Source of the DNA: a virus
DNA length: 64,000 nucleotides
Strand: one strand, 5' to 3'
IMG/VR virus record: IMGVR_UViG_3300037485_001282
Location: 79,702-143,701 of that record
Made by a program: the position numbers and the translations under genes. The notes under the pieces were generated by a model, which was not told the DNA's origin, did not search any database, and saw only the letters and a program-made list of their open reading frames with translations. How positions within the stretch are numbered: position 1 is the first letter of the stretch; the number at the start of each line of letters is the position of its first letter. This document shows positions 48,501 to 57,082 of the stretch, piece by piece.

Positions 48501-48748
48501 CGCTTAATCGCCAGGGTCTATCTTTTATTGACGAGATTTCAAAGCGACTTGATTATACTTCAGAGCATAAAGAAGATATGGTAAAAGATATAGTAAATCA
48601 AATAACTAAAGTTATTAAAGATAACGTTAAAGCCGATAAAAAAGAAACTTATGCTACTTCTTCTAAGCAACCTATTTTCCTTGAAGATAATTCCGATGGT
48701 TCCCAATTAACTAAATTATTAGCTATGGGTATGTTAAATGGAAGGTAA
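45572..48748 (+). CDS. Tape-measure-like protein
   Basis: 1058 aa, ~11-residue W/F-anchored amphipathic repeats, hydrophobic segment, C-terminal LARGGIV...AEAG.PEVILPL; promoter 45555-45562. Confidence 0.7.
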   Translation: MASNFTTDQLKKMLQENQAKLDSLDSSDIVASKELKKSIDKISKLLLRTEKGILKELKESNKKNQKKKDDSVDIKRLAEENKKDLKNRFSEFYQRNQLNRKAINDSYIRKIDDINHRYKKDLRKAFSTLNENLHADILVNQKVIEKYLNRFADYMTEKITKVFNVAFSYLKNATLNAFSKIKGLVTSLGDKLGSVIKGTWEKLKGAIFHPIDSVKTIISNSLSYVWQGIKKIGSLIKDAFVFVIKKIWEGLKWVAGVIWGVIKIGFKLMWTILSGIGKFVFSMFKWISTFLLKVIWGTLVKITSFLLSAIWEGIKTVGSFLMSVMWATIKGIAKTVFQIAFTIVKTIANMVVTLITSALAPWLGLIALVGAGVYLLGYWMGWWGSKGNSETSKAGINVGGKEIKQGGIFETIGNWVKKALGIGESFAVWLCDQIVWAWDKLWVVIKKTWGITTDFGGWILDQLKIFWNWATSKEKRDDYRLFEKNIEFYEKQLENLMMLDPDKIKEYTENLKADKVSLEKLSDTMPLLSKLIIKIEDMWTKYIKPIINDVIKKIESAWEWISSLVKGKGSWSSPDENSILGSIYKSLFGTNSINWASPSYDSLLGQIYNIIFGKNTIDFKSSLGLVGFIYSTIYDINFFIIDSIEKYILPVFNSIMDFLSNIIEIISPDYAEKVSQISGSVKLNISNRVSEAKGFQLTNTKEKISELSESIKSPSNGESKEHFEKRKEETEKLIKALESKVGGREKSDNEKKRAEKSFAIALRNTTKVLSGLQVSVSSLLGSTLDENQIKALSNRPRNFWKSRGFDTDFVNTPLDAYSELRDLYLAKDKSYYGKNLKNLQADFNKNNPDWKKYIDKDLIGKLNTMRSSIDENRLQIQESLDNMYEQKASSLATGWSFGKKELNWYKKDAEKYMDENLYKIFTGDAFNSYLNPMSRFFTKIREIDPQYGLARGGIVKPQPHGVNIIAAEAGSPEVILPLNRQGLSFIDEISKRLDYTSEHKEDMVKDIVNQITKVIKDNVKADKKETYATSSKQPIFLEDNSDGSQLTKLLAMGMLNGR

Positions 48749-48755
48749 TTAAAAT

Positions 48756-50171
48756 ATGAGCGACCCGAGTTTTGATAATAAATCGGGATATTCCCCGAAA
48801 TCAATTTTTTTCCCAACAACAGAATCATGTTGGGAGTTTGGAATTCAGCGACATCCTAGATCAATGATTCCCATATTAGATTCGTTGACTCCATATAAGT
48901 TTCTTAGAGGAGTTCAGTTTGATACTAAGGTATTTCAATTATCCGAACTATTATCTTTACTTAATATTTTCAATAAACCACCATCATCTGAAATAGTACT
49001 AAAAGTAACTACTGATCTTGAAGACGTAAAGAAAGCATTAATGGCGGTTGCGCCGTTTCCAAAAGCAACGAAGATAGGCAGTAAAACATCATTCTCCACA
49101 GATATAAAGACTATTTTTACTCAAGCTCAAGTTGATGCTATTTACACTATAGCAAAAACTACATATCAGAGCTTATATCAATATCAAATAAGCATATTAC
49201 CAAATTGGCAGGATTCGATGCCAGCTATAACTATATCACATGACTGGGGCGCTGGTGACGATATTTTAACTAACGTAATGAATTCGGTTAACACTATGTA
49301 CAAGAACATCAATGAAATAGGAAGGTCTATTGGTGGAGTTAGATCAAGTATTCCATATATAAAAGATAGATATAAATCAACTAAACTAACCGAGTTTACT
49401 ATACCAATATTGTTATTTACAAAAGATAATTTTGTTAGAGATATTTTTAACCCATTAATGGCTTTAATATATTTTTCATCTGCTAGAAGCAACGATGATT
49501 CTGTTAGTCAATTTCAATCAATTTTAGATCAGGCTGCTGTGTGGTTAGAGAAAAAAATATCAGAGGAAGTTGATGCTAGACTCAAGCAAGGAGCAGTTGA
49601 TGCTTTGGAGTGGATCAAGGGCGGCATTGATGCGGCAAACGCCATAGTTGGAACCAAATCTATGACTGTATTGCCGCCACCAACATGGTCGGTTTCTTCC
49701 GATGATAAAACCATCAATATGGCTAGAGCAGCTATAGTGTCAGTTAGTTATCAATTTAAGGGTCCATATATAAAGGCTGGATATAAGGGTTTATTTGGGC
49801 AACTTTTTGGCTCGCTTGGTCCGATGGGAGACATTGGCGCATCTTTGGATAGATTATTAAGAGACGAATATGTTAAAATATTTAAGTTTAAAGATAATGC
49901 TTTTCCAAGTATCTGTGAGATTAATATAACGCTTAAAGAAACTGCTTTTATAGATGGGGACGAATATTATAAAAAAGCACTTAATATGGATGTTGGGACT
50001 ATTTCTATTTCTTCCGCAGCAGAAACATCAACGAGTGTAATGATTGCGTCTGGAATAGCTCAGAATATTGGAGTTGTTCTTCCAGAAACAAGAGGAACTG
50101 GTGATTTACTCGGTGGGGGTAAATGGGTTCCTCCAGGGGAATCTTTAACAGGAATTCCTGGTTTTTTATGA
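48756..50171 (+). CDS. Probable baseplate/tail-tube cap protein (gp48-like)
   Basis: Position; PPPTW..., FPSICEINITLKET. Confidence 0.5.
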   Translation: MSDPSFDNKSGYSPKSIFFPTTESCWEFGIQRHPRSMIPILDSLTPYKFLRGVQFDTKVFQLSELLSLLNIFNKPPSSEIVLKVTTDLEDVKKALMAVAPFPKATKIGSKTSFSTDIKTIFTQAQVDAIYTIAKTTYQSLYQYQISILPNWQDSMPAITISHDWGAGDDILTNVMNSVNTMYKNINEIGRSIGGVRSSIPYIKDRYKSTKLTEFTIPILLFTKDNFVRDIFNPLMALIYFSSARSNDDSVSQFQSILDQAAVWLEKKISEEVDARLKQGAVDALEWIKGGIDAANAIVGTKSMTVLPPPTWSVSSDDKTINMARAAIVSVSYQFKGPYIKAGYKGLFGQLFGSLGPMGDIGASLDRLLRDEYVKIFKFKDNAFPSICEINITLKETAFIDGDEYYKKALNMDVGTISISSAAETSTSVMIASGIAQNIGVVLPETRGTGDLLGGGKWVPPGESLTGIPGFL

Positions 50172-50180
50172 AAGGCGTTT

Positions 50181-50606
50181 ATGAATAACTTTTTAAATTC
50201 AATGATGGGATCCAATAATTTTTCGTCTATATTTTCAAAATGGATATACGATAAGAACCAAATATCTGGTGTTACTCTTGATATTTGGAAACCACTAGTT
50301 CTAAAAATTTCACAAGAAGAAAAATATAATACTCAAATATTTACTGATTACAGAGTATTATCTACTGATTATAATCTCGAAACCATATCTAATAATTTAT
50401 ATAAAAAAGCTTCTTTATGGTGGACTATACTTTTAGCAAATCAAGAGGACGATCCTTTTGATTTTTTACAAAACGTCAGAGATAACGAGGAAGGTAAATA
50501 TATAAATTCTGAAATAAAAGTTTTCACCTCAACTGGTCTCACTAAACTATTAAATATTTCTTATAATCTGGATAATATTAATAACATACTTAAAGAAAGA
50601 CAATAA
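50181..50606 (+). CDS. gp53: Baseplate wedge protein
   Basis: LETISNNLY....LWWTILLAN...DPF (LysM-like). Confidence 0.75.
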   Translation: MNNFLNSMMGSNNFSSIFSKWIYDKNQISGVTLDIWKPLVLKISQEEKYNTQIFTDYRVLSTDYNLETISNNLYKKASLWWTILLANQEDDPFDFLQNVRDNEEGKYINSEIKVFTSTGLTKLLNISYNLDNINNILKERQ

Positions 50607-51973
50607 TGTCAGAATCTTCCCAATTATTTCAGACAGAATTAGCACACTGTGGATATGAAGTTAGATATTTTTCATCAAAATATCCAATATTTAACCCAGA
50701 CGCAGAATTAGGAGCATACACGATAACATCGTGGGTGAGGGGGTTTGAAATAGAGGATTCGATGGATTATAGTTTTAGAATAGGAAAACTATACGTGAAT
50801 TTTGCACTAGGGATGCAAAAAATAGTCCAGTTTACAGGCAATGATTTTATTATAATAAAATATGCATCAAATTTCGAATTTTCGAAAGCAAACGTATCAT
50901 CAAAAAACATTATTTTTAGAGTTTTGAATATAACTGAAGAAGTACCAGCTTCATTGGAAAATAATAATGAAAAATATAAAGTACAGACTTTGTGTTTTAG
51001 TTTAGCAGAAGCTCCTTACTATGATATATTATTAAAAAAATCTTATTTCAAAACATTTCCGTGGAATGATGATTCGCTGTTATCTAGTGGTTATTCTGGG
51101 ATTTCATCTATCGTAAGAGAAACAATTCAAGATGTTCTTAATAAAGAAGGTCTAGATATAGAATTAAATATAGAGGAAACTGATGATACACTAACTCCAG
51201 AAAAGAACATAAATTTTTATAATCCAAGTTGGCCACTTTTAAAGTCAATTAATTATCTTAAACGGTTTGCTTCGTCGTTAGTTGGTGGAAATTCTTATTA
51301 TAATTTTTCATGTAAAGACGGAAGAATCGATTTCATATCAATTGATTCCCTATATAATTCAAAGATAAACGATTTAGCAAAAACAGTTTATATATCAAGA
51401 GACTATGATGAGAAATATGATAGTAAAGTGAAATTAGTAAATAGCACAAACCAAATTCTTCATCATAAATATGATTGGTATAATGGAACTGACTTGGCTT
51501 TCAATGGGTTAGGTGGACAAACCGTATTTTCTAAAGACTACAAATCATCGCATAATTTTGTCTCACATGATTTTAAACTTTTTAAGAAACAAGAGACACC
51601 CAAAGACGCATATTGGTTACATAGTCAAGATCACGGAGATCAGTGGTCTGATATATCATATTCTCCTTTACATTTACCACATTTAATTCAAAATTTAAAA
51701 AGATATGAATTTTCTAAAAAAGCATTTAATTCGGTTAAAGTTGATATTATTTGTTACGTTAGTTCTCAAAGAAACGTGGGAGATATTTCAACTTTATGTA
51801 TTCCGTCTGAGAAGGGAATAATTGACCCTAATTTTGGTAATAACTTACTTCTTTGGAAAATAGTAGATAAGGTTGGGTTAGGGGATAGTTCGTATTCGAT
51901 ATTAACATTTAAAAAGAATTCATTTACTGGAGCGAACGGTGGTAATTTTGGTGAATTGATAAATATATTGTGA
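50606..51973 (+). CDS. Probable baseplate hub protein (gp27-like)
   Basis: Position after gp53, size, FEIEDSMD..F..GKL and P.W..LK.INYL patterns. Confidence 0.5.
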   Translation: MSESSQLFQTELAHCGYEVRYFSSKYPIFNPDAELGAYTITSWVRGFEIEDSMDYSFRIGKLYVNFALGMQKIVQFTGNDFIIIKYASNFEFSKANVSSKNIIFRVLNITEEVPASLENNNEKYKVQTLCFSLAEAPYYDILLKKSYFKTFPWNDDSLLSSGYSGISSIVRETIQDVLNKEGLDIELNIEETDDTLTPEKNINFYNPSWPLLKSINYLKRFASSLVGGNSYYNFSCKDGRIDFISIDSLYNSKINDLAKTVYISRDYDEKYDSKVKLVNSTNQILHHKYDWYNGTDLAFNGLGGQTVFSKDYKSSHNFVSHDFKLFKKQETPKDAYWLHSQDHGDQWSDISYSPLHLPHLIQNLKRYEFSKKAFNSVKVDIICYVSSQRNVGDISTLCIPSEKGIIDPNFGNNLLLWKIVDKVGLGDSSYSILTFKKNSFTGANGGNFGELINIL

Positions 51974-52000
51974 ATAGGGTTAATAACAAAAGAGGATAGA

Positions 52001-52303
52001 ATGCCTAAATATAATTGGTCTGCGTGGGATTTTCATGTACCAGGAGAGATACGAGATAACTTTGATGATTATCGAGCAGATGATACGTGTCCAGACGCAA
52101 ATAACACAGAAACGCCAGCGCCTATTAATTCGCTTTCAGTAGAAGATGAACAGATTAGAACCAGATATAGACCAGTTTATTTTCCACCAGGATCCACAGA
52201 AGATATATCACAAGAAAAAGCGCCACCAAGAATAGATTCGTTTAATATTTACTCTACAATCCAGACAGAAGTTTTTATTTTCGGAAACCAACAAGGAATG
52301 TGA
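52001..52303 (+). CDS. Hypothetical protein
   Basis: GAGGA RBS; GATAAATA upstream. Confidence 0.6.
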   Translation: MPKYNWSAWDFHVPGEIRDNFDDYRADDTCPDANNTETPAPINSLSVEDEQIRTRYRPVYFPPGSTEDISQEKAPPRIDSFNIYSTIQTEVFIFGNQQGM

Positions 52304-52304
52304 A

Positions 52305-52805
52305 ATGCTATCATCAGATTCAAATTTTAGGCAGGGTGAGAATATTACCATAGAGGTTTCCAACAAGCCATATGTGGATTTTTCTATTCCCCCAATGTCA
52401 AATAACTATCGTTGGGTAGATTTCTCTAACATTAAGATTTACGCTCCACCAGACAATATTTTATATCAAGAAACTAATTTAATAGAGTTACCAAATAATG
52501 AGTTAATGGTAGATGCTCCTTTAAAGATTAATCCAAGGAAAGTTGGTTGGTATTTCTATCGTTACCAGTTACCTTGTGATGCTGCTATTGGAGTATGGAG
52601 AGTAATTATTTCTTTATCATCTTTTGTCCCAACAGGAACCCCAACAGACTCAACATCCATATGTACCACTGGAGCGCCTATTACGGGCACACCAATCACA
52701 GGTGCCCCACTTTCAGGCGATCAATTTCAAGTTCCTGAAGGTTACGAATTAGCAACTACAGTTTCTACTCAGTATTTTAGGGTACTACAAAGGACAATAC
52801 TATAA
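52305..52805 (+). CDS. Hypothetical beta-rich structural protein
   Basis: Tight operon packing; G(A/T)PIT repeats. Confidence 0.6.
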   Translation: MLSSDSNFRQGENITIEVSNKPYVDFSIPPMSNNYRWVDFSNIKIYAPPDNILYQETNLIELPNNELMVDAPLKINPRKVGWYFYRYQLPCDAAIGVWRVIISLSSFVPTGTPTDSTSICTTGAPITGTPITGAPLSGDQFQVPEGYELATTVSTQYFRVLQRTIL

Positions 52806-53014
52806 TGGAAAAGTTACAAGAGATGAATCAGAATTTACCATGTGATAAAAGGGTTGGCTACGGTACTACTGGGTGCTCATGTGATGGATCGTTAAAAGAG
52901 AATAGAGACAAAGTAAAGTGTGGTTACTATAATCAGGATGTTAGATGGGATAGATGTATTAACTGTAAACATCAGTTCCTATATGTTAAAATGTTAGAAG
53001 CTAGAAGGAACTAA
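52805..53014 (+). CDS. Small Cys-rich hypothetical protein
   Basis: TAATG coupling; six Cys in 69 aa. Confidence 0.55.
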   Translation: MEKLQEMNQNLPCDKRVGYGTTGCSCDGSLKENRDKVKCGYYNQDVRWDRCINCKHQFLYVKMLEARRN

Positions 53015-53015
53015 A

Positions 53016-53651
53016 ATGACCTGTAAAGTCATATACAACAATGAGTTAATACTGAACAACTCACACACTAATAACTATATTTTTGTGTTAGACAGAGTTC
53101 CTACTAGTTTCTTAATATCCAAGTTTTCTAAAGATGCTTTAATTAAGGTAGATGCTACATTAGGATCTTTGAGTAACTCGGATGTAATTAGAGAAGCTAA
53201 TCAGGATGTTCAAAATTTAGCTTTATTTACTCAGACAGTTAATTTACCTGAGATGGACTTAGGTTTCTCTGATATTCCTACTCAATTTGCTACTATTCAT
53301 GAAGCGACTGGATTGATTGACTTTGGGGAACTATCAACTACTTTTTTAAATGATGAAAATTGGTTTATCTATAAAATGTTAACTTATTGGTTACTAGCGG
53401 GGCATAATCCTGAGAGATACAATAAACGTAACTCGGTTCAGCATTGGAAGGACTTTTACGTAAATGCCTACCTAATAATCTTAAATAATAACCGTGAGAA
53501 AATAATGGAATTTAAATTTACCGATGTGCATCCTAAGACTATGGGATCTATTGAGTTAAAGGATTCCGAGGCATCTAGAATTATGCTTCCAGTAACGTGG
53601 AAATATACTGATTACGTTATTTCCGATGATCTAGTAATTACTCGGGTTTGA
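53016..53651 (+). CDS. gp3: Tail tube terminator / tail completion protein
   Basis: TQTVNLP...FGELSTTFLNDENW..Y....YW...LIILNNN...FTDVHP. Confidence 0.7.
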   Translation: MTCKVIYNNELILNNSHTNNYIFVLDRVPTSFLISKFSKDALIKVDATLGSLSNSDVIREANQDVQNLALFTQTVNLPEMDLGFSDIPTQFATIHEATGLIDFGELSTTFLNDENWFIYKMLTYWLLAGHNPERYNKRNSVQHWKDFYVNAYLIILNNNREKIMEFKFTDVHPKTMGSIELKDSEASRIMLPVTWKYTDYVISDDLVITRV

Positions 53652-53675
53652 CTTTTTAATTTTAGTCACTATAAT
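53648..53675 (+). promoter_or_regulatory. Sigma70-type promoter for dut operon
   Basis: TTGACT-N16-TATAAT. Confidence 0.75.
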
Positions 53676-53697
53676 GGTTGCCATAAAGGAAACGATT

Positions 53698-54147
53698 ATG
53701 GACGAAAATCATGTTTACAATTTTGGCGTATTCTTGGATCATCCAGAAGCCAAAGTTCCCACTAAAGCAAACCCTTCCGACGCTGGATTTGATCTTTATA
53801 GTGTAGAAGATGCTATTATTGACCCAGGAGCTAGGAAACTAGTAGATACTGGAATTATCTTAGAGATGCCCAATGGTTGGGAAGCTCAGATTAGACCACG
53901 ATCAGGTCACGCAGGTAAATTAGGATTATCTATAGTAAATACACCAGGAACGTGTGATGCTTCTTACAGGGGTCTTATTAAAGTAATCCTATACAATACC
54001 TCAAAAGAAACCATTAATCTCCCTAAAGGCTCTAAAATCGCTCAGATGGTATTTCAAAAGGTTCCTTTAGTTTCTCTTAATTTACTTAAAGAGAAGCCAA
54101 CAAATGACTCTAGAGGAACTAAGGGTTTCGGTAGTAGCGGAATTTGA
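53698..54147 (+). CDS. dut: Trimeric dUTPase
   Basis: DAGFDL, RPRSG, PGTCDASYRG, IAQMV, RGTKGFGSSG; start after AAAGGA. Confidence 0.96.
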   Translation: MDENHVYNFGVFLDHPEAKVPTKANPSDAGFDLYSVEDAIIDPGARKLVDTGIILEMPNGWEAQIRPRSGHAGKLGLSIVNTPGTCDASYRGLIKVILYNTSKETINLPKGSKIAQMVFQKVPLVSLNLLKEKPTNDSRGTKGFGSSGI

Positions 54148-54157
54148 AGGAACTAAC

Positions 54158-54541
54158 ATGTCAGTAGCTTTTAAAGAAATAATTGAATTATCTAAAAAGG
54201 AACCAATAAGGGAATTTAATTATACTAATTCAGATACAAGAGAGTTATATACGGTTCTTTTGAGAACATCCAACGAAATGGTGAATTGGTTTAAATTTGA
54301 TGTGGGGGATTTTCTTTTAGCATCTAGTCAGGTTATTGGTTTACTAAGAACAATAGGTGCCTTTAATAATAAACCCAAAGAACTTCACTATGATTATTCT
54401 CGCAGATATAATCAGAGTTACTTCAGGGGTTGTCTTGGTAGATTCTCTGTTTTTGAGTTTGATGTAGAAGAAGGTGACTATGCTGTAATTGGTAACCAAA
54501 GTAAATATTTGTATATTAAAGTTAATAATTTAAAAAAGTAA
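54158..54541 (+). CDS. Stand-alone fragment paralog of the major capsid protein (127 aa)
   Basis: Colinear blocks shared with gp23 aa ~265-384: IIELSK, LYTVLL..SNE, G.F.LAS, G..GRF.V, DYAV.G; start after AAGGA. Confidence 0.8.
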   Translation: MSVAFKEIIELSKKEPIREFNYTNSDTRELYTVLLRTSNEMVNWFKFDVGDFLLASSQVIGLLRTIGAFNNKPKELHYDYSRRYNQSYFRGCLGRFSVFEFDVEEGDYAVIGNQSKYLYIKVNNLKK

Positions 54542-54565
54542 CTTTAAAGTTCCTTTTAGTTCCTT

Positions 54566-54600
54566 AAAGATCCCCTGAGAGCAACTCTTAGGGGATTTTT
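54566..54600 (+). terminator. Intrinsic terminator closing the dut operon
   Basis: ATCCCCTGAGAG-caa-CTCTTAGGGGAT + T run. Confidence 0.85.
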
Positions 54601-54634
54601 GTTTTCTATAAATAAGGGCTTAGAGGAACTTAAA

Positions 54635-55510
54635 ATGAACTTGAAGGAACAGAAGCGACTAGAAGATACTTGGAAGGCACTTGAAGTTACATTATTGGAG
54701 AGACAGTCTTTAGAGACCAGAAGTAAGTTTGCCGATGATCAAATTGAATTACTGTCTGCGGAAATAATAGACGGTAACGTAACACTTTGTAATGGTCTTA
54801 ATGTAAACTTTGGTGGGTTCAAGAGTTTTACATTTACGGGAGTTAGAGTAAATATTGATATTGGGGAATATAAATTAAATTATTATATTGGAAATCTTTT
54901 TAAAGAATCTGGTGCTATTTTTGACAGGTATCCAGCATTTAAGCATGATATTGGAAACGATATAATAGTATTTTTAAGAATTGACGAGATTTCAAATACA
55001 GTGTTAGATTTGATGGAAAATCTATCTAATAGAAAAGTATTGAACTATAAATCAAATAGAAAGTTATTATCTGATACGGAATTTTCTCCTAGAGACTTTT
55101 TATTAGACATTAATGCTAATCAATGGAGATATATTGGTCATGAATTAGACCATGTATATCAGCATATAATTCAATCTGACGGAGACCCTAAAGATTCACT
55201 TAAGCAACAAGATTTACCGTGGAACGAGAGACACGAAGAACTTACAGCGGAATTAACATCTAGATTCTCGTATTTTAAAAAATTATTAAAGGTTGGACAT
55301 GATATTGATGAATTTTGGCCTAATACTAATAGTGGATATGAAGATATAATTATTAAATATTTTCCCAACTATTATGACACTAAAGGAGAAAATAGGAAAA
55401 AACTATTGAAAAGATTGTATCAATTAAGAGAACAACTAGTAAAAGTACAAAAGGTAATAAAAGATAGGAAAAATAAAGTTATTATAAATAAAGCAGGGAA
55501 AACTAAATGA
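54635..55510 (+). CDS. Late protein with zincin-like HExxH motif
   Basis: IGHELDHVYQ ... HEELTAE; TATAAATA 54607-54614, GAGGA RBS. Confidence 0.6.
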   Translation: MNLKEQKRLEDTWKALEVTLLERQSLETRSKFADDQIELLSAEIIDGNVTLCNGLNVNFGGFKSFTFTGVRVNIDIGEYKLNYYIGNLFKESGAIFDRYPAFKHDIGNDIIVFLRIDEISNTVLDLMENLSNRKVLNYKSNRKLLSDTEFSPRDFLLDINANQWRYIGHELDHVYQHIIQSDGDPKDSLKQQDLPWNERHEELTAELTSRFSYFKKLLKVGHDIDEFWPNTNSGYEDIIIKYFPNYYDTKGENRKKLLKRLYQLREQLVKVQKVIKDRKNKVIINKAGKTK

Positions 55511-56769
55511 CTGACCTAAATGAGTTTAGAGAAAAAATTAGAAAAATTTTTGATAGAACCCCCAAGAAAATTGAGGACAATATCGGAAGTAGTGGAAATG
55601 GTCAAATATTGTTTAATGAAGAGGAACCAGAAGAAGCTGCTCCAGAAATTCCACCACCTGATGAATCCGAAGATCAAGCGACCGATGCTGGATCTACAGA
55701 ACAACCAGAAAAACCAGAGCAACCAGAGCAGCCAGAAGAAGCGCCCCCAACAGACGCAACACAAAATCCTGCTCCAGCACCAGTTCCAACAATAAATCAG
55801 AATCAAAATGATGCTCAGAAACTTAAGCAAATGTTTTCTGACTCAGGTGATTTAGTATATGATTATAGTTTAACTAATGAATTTAATCAAAGACTGTTTA
55901 AATTTAAATTTACTTATTCTGGAATAGATATTAATCAACTAATGACATCTAATGATGAGAGAACTGTTGGAGCATTAAAATCAGAATTAGAAAATCGTCT
56001 TTCACCAGAACAAAGATTCTACTATATTAATAAATGGAAATCTTTACGAAAGAAGTATCCAGATATTGAAAAAAGGGAAAAAAATATCATCATTCACAAT
56101 ACAAATATAATGATGATGGTTAATGATGATTTTGGTGAAGAAATACCCTTACCTGAAGAGAAGAAAAAAGAAGCGTATGAAAAAATAGATAAACTATTAA
56201 TTCAAAAATTTGGTGATGAATGGTTAGACAATCAAGAAGCTTTGGATTTTTTAAAGAATATTAAGATTAACTTTTCTAACGATAAGCCAGTTAGAACCAA
56301 TCTATTATCTATTAGCATAATGGATCAGAAGGATAAAGTTACTAATTCAGATTTAGTTCCTTTTAATAAAATCTATATAGACATTCCAGTTTCTATAAGG
56401 AACTTTTTAAAATCTAACGAAACTAATGAGTTTTATAATAGTAGTTCAATATTTCAGAATCTAATATCCGACTTTAGAAACTATTCGAAAATATCTGGGA
56501 GTATGGATTCGGTTATTAAAGGAACACCAACTCAGGAACCAACGGAACAAGACCCTAACGCAACTGGAGATACTTCGGCTGATGGGGCTTCTGCTGGCAT
56601 GGGTGGAGGTATGAGTGGTGGGGGTGATGTTGGTGGATCAACTGATATTGGCGGGGATATGACTAATCCAGATGAAACTGATGTAGGAGACGAAACAGCG
56701 CCAACGGATACGGAAGAAGCCCCAGTCGATGACACCGAAGCAGCCCCAGAAACTTCAGAAGAAACCTGA
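55507..56769 (+). CDS. Late protein with acidic Pro-rich disordered termini
   Basis: TATAAATA 55483-55490; PEQPEQPEE repeats; G/D/T-rich tail. Confidence 0.65.
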   Translation: MTDLNEFREKIRKIFDRTPKKIEDNIGSSGNGQILFNEEEPEEAAPEIPPPDESEDQATDAGSTEQPEKPEQPEQPEEAPPTDATQNPAPAPVPTINQNQNDAQKLKQMFSDSGDLVYDYSLTNEFNQRLFKFKFTYSGIDINQLMTSNDERTVGALKSELENRLSPEQRFYYINKWKSLRKKYPDIEKREKNIIIHNTNIMMMVNDDFGEEIPLPEEKKKEAYEKIDKLLIQKFGDEWLDNQEALDFLKNIKINFSNDKPVRTNLLSISIMDQKDKVTNSDLVPFNKIYIDIPVSIRNFLKSNETNEFYNSSSIFQNLISDFRNYSKISGSMDSVIKGTPTQEPTEQDPNATGDTSADGASAGMGGGMSGGGDVGGSTDIGGDMTNPDETDVGDETAPTDTEEAPVDDTEAAPETSEET

Positions 56770-56796
56770 TATAATTGGATTTAGAAAGGCGATAAT

Positions 56797-57075
56797 ATGA
56801 CCAATAAATTAAATCCAGTTACACAGAAAATAGTAGAAAACTGTATAAACGAGGCTCTCCAAGAATATGTAAACGAAACTAAGTTGTTTACGGCAGACAC
56901 TTTACATTATATTAGAACAAAGATAACAACGCTCGTTCACGAAAGACTAGGTAAAGAAGAAATTAACAACATTGATGTTGGATTAGATCTATCAAAAGTA
57001 GAAGATATTAAATTTTTCTTTCAAGTAAATGTACCATCTGACAAAGCCGAAGAACACATTTTAAATAAAGATTGA
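56797..57075 (+). CDS. Hypothetical protein
   Basis: AAAGG RBS, operon position. Confidence 0.6.
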   Translation: MTNKLNPVTQKIVENCINEALQEYVNETKLFTADTLHYIRTKITTLVHERLGKEEINNIDVGLDLSKVEDIKFFFQVNVPSDKAEEHILNKD

Positions 57076-57082
57076 ATTAACG

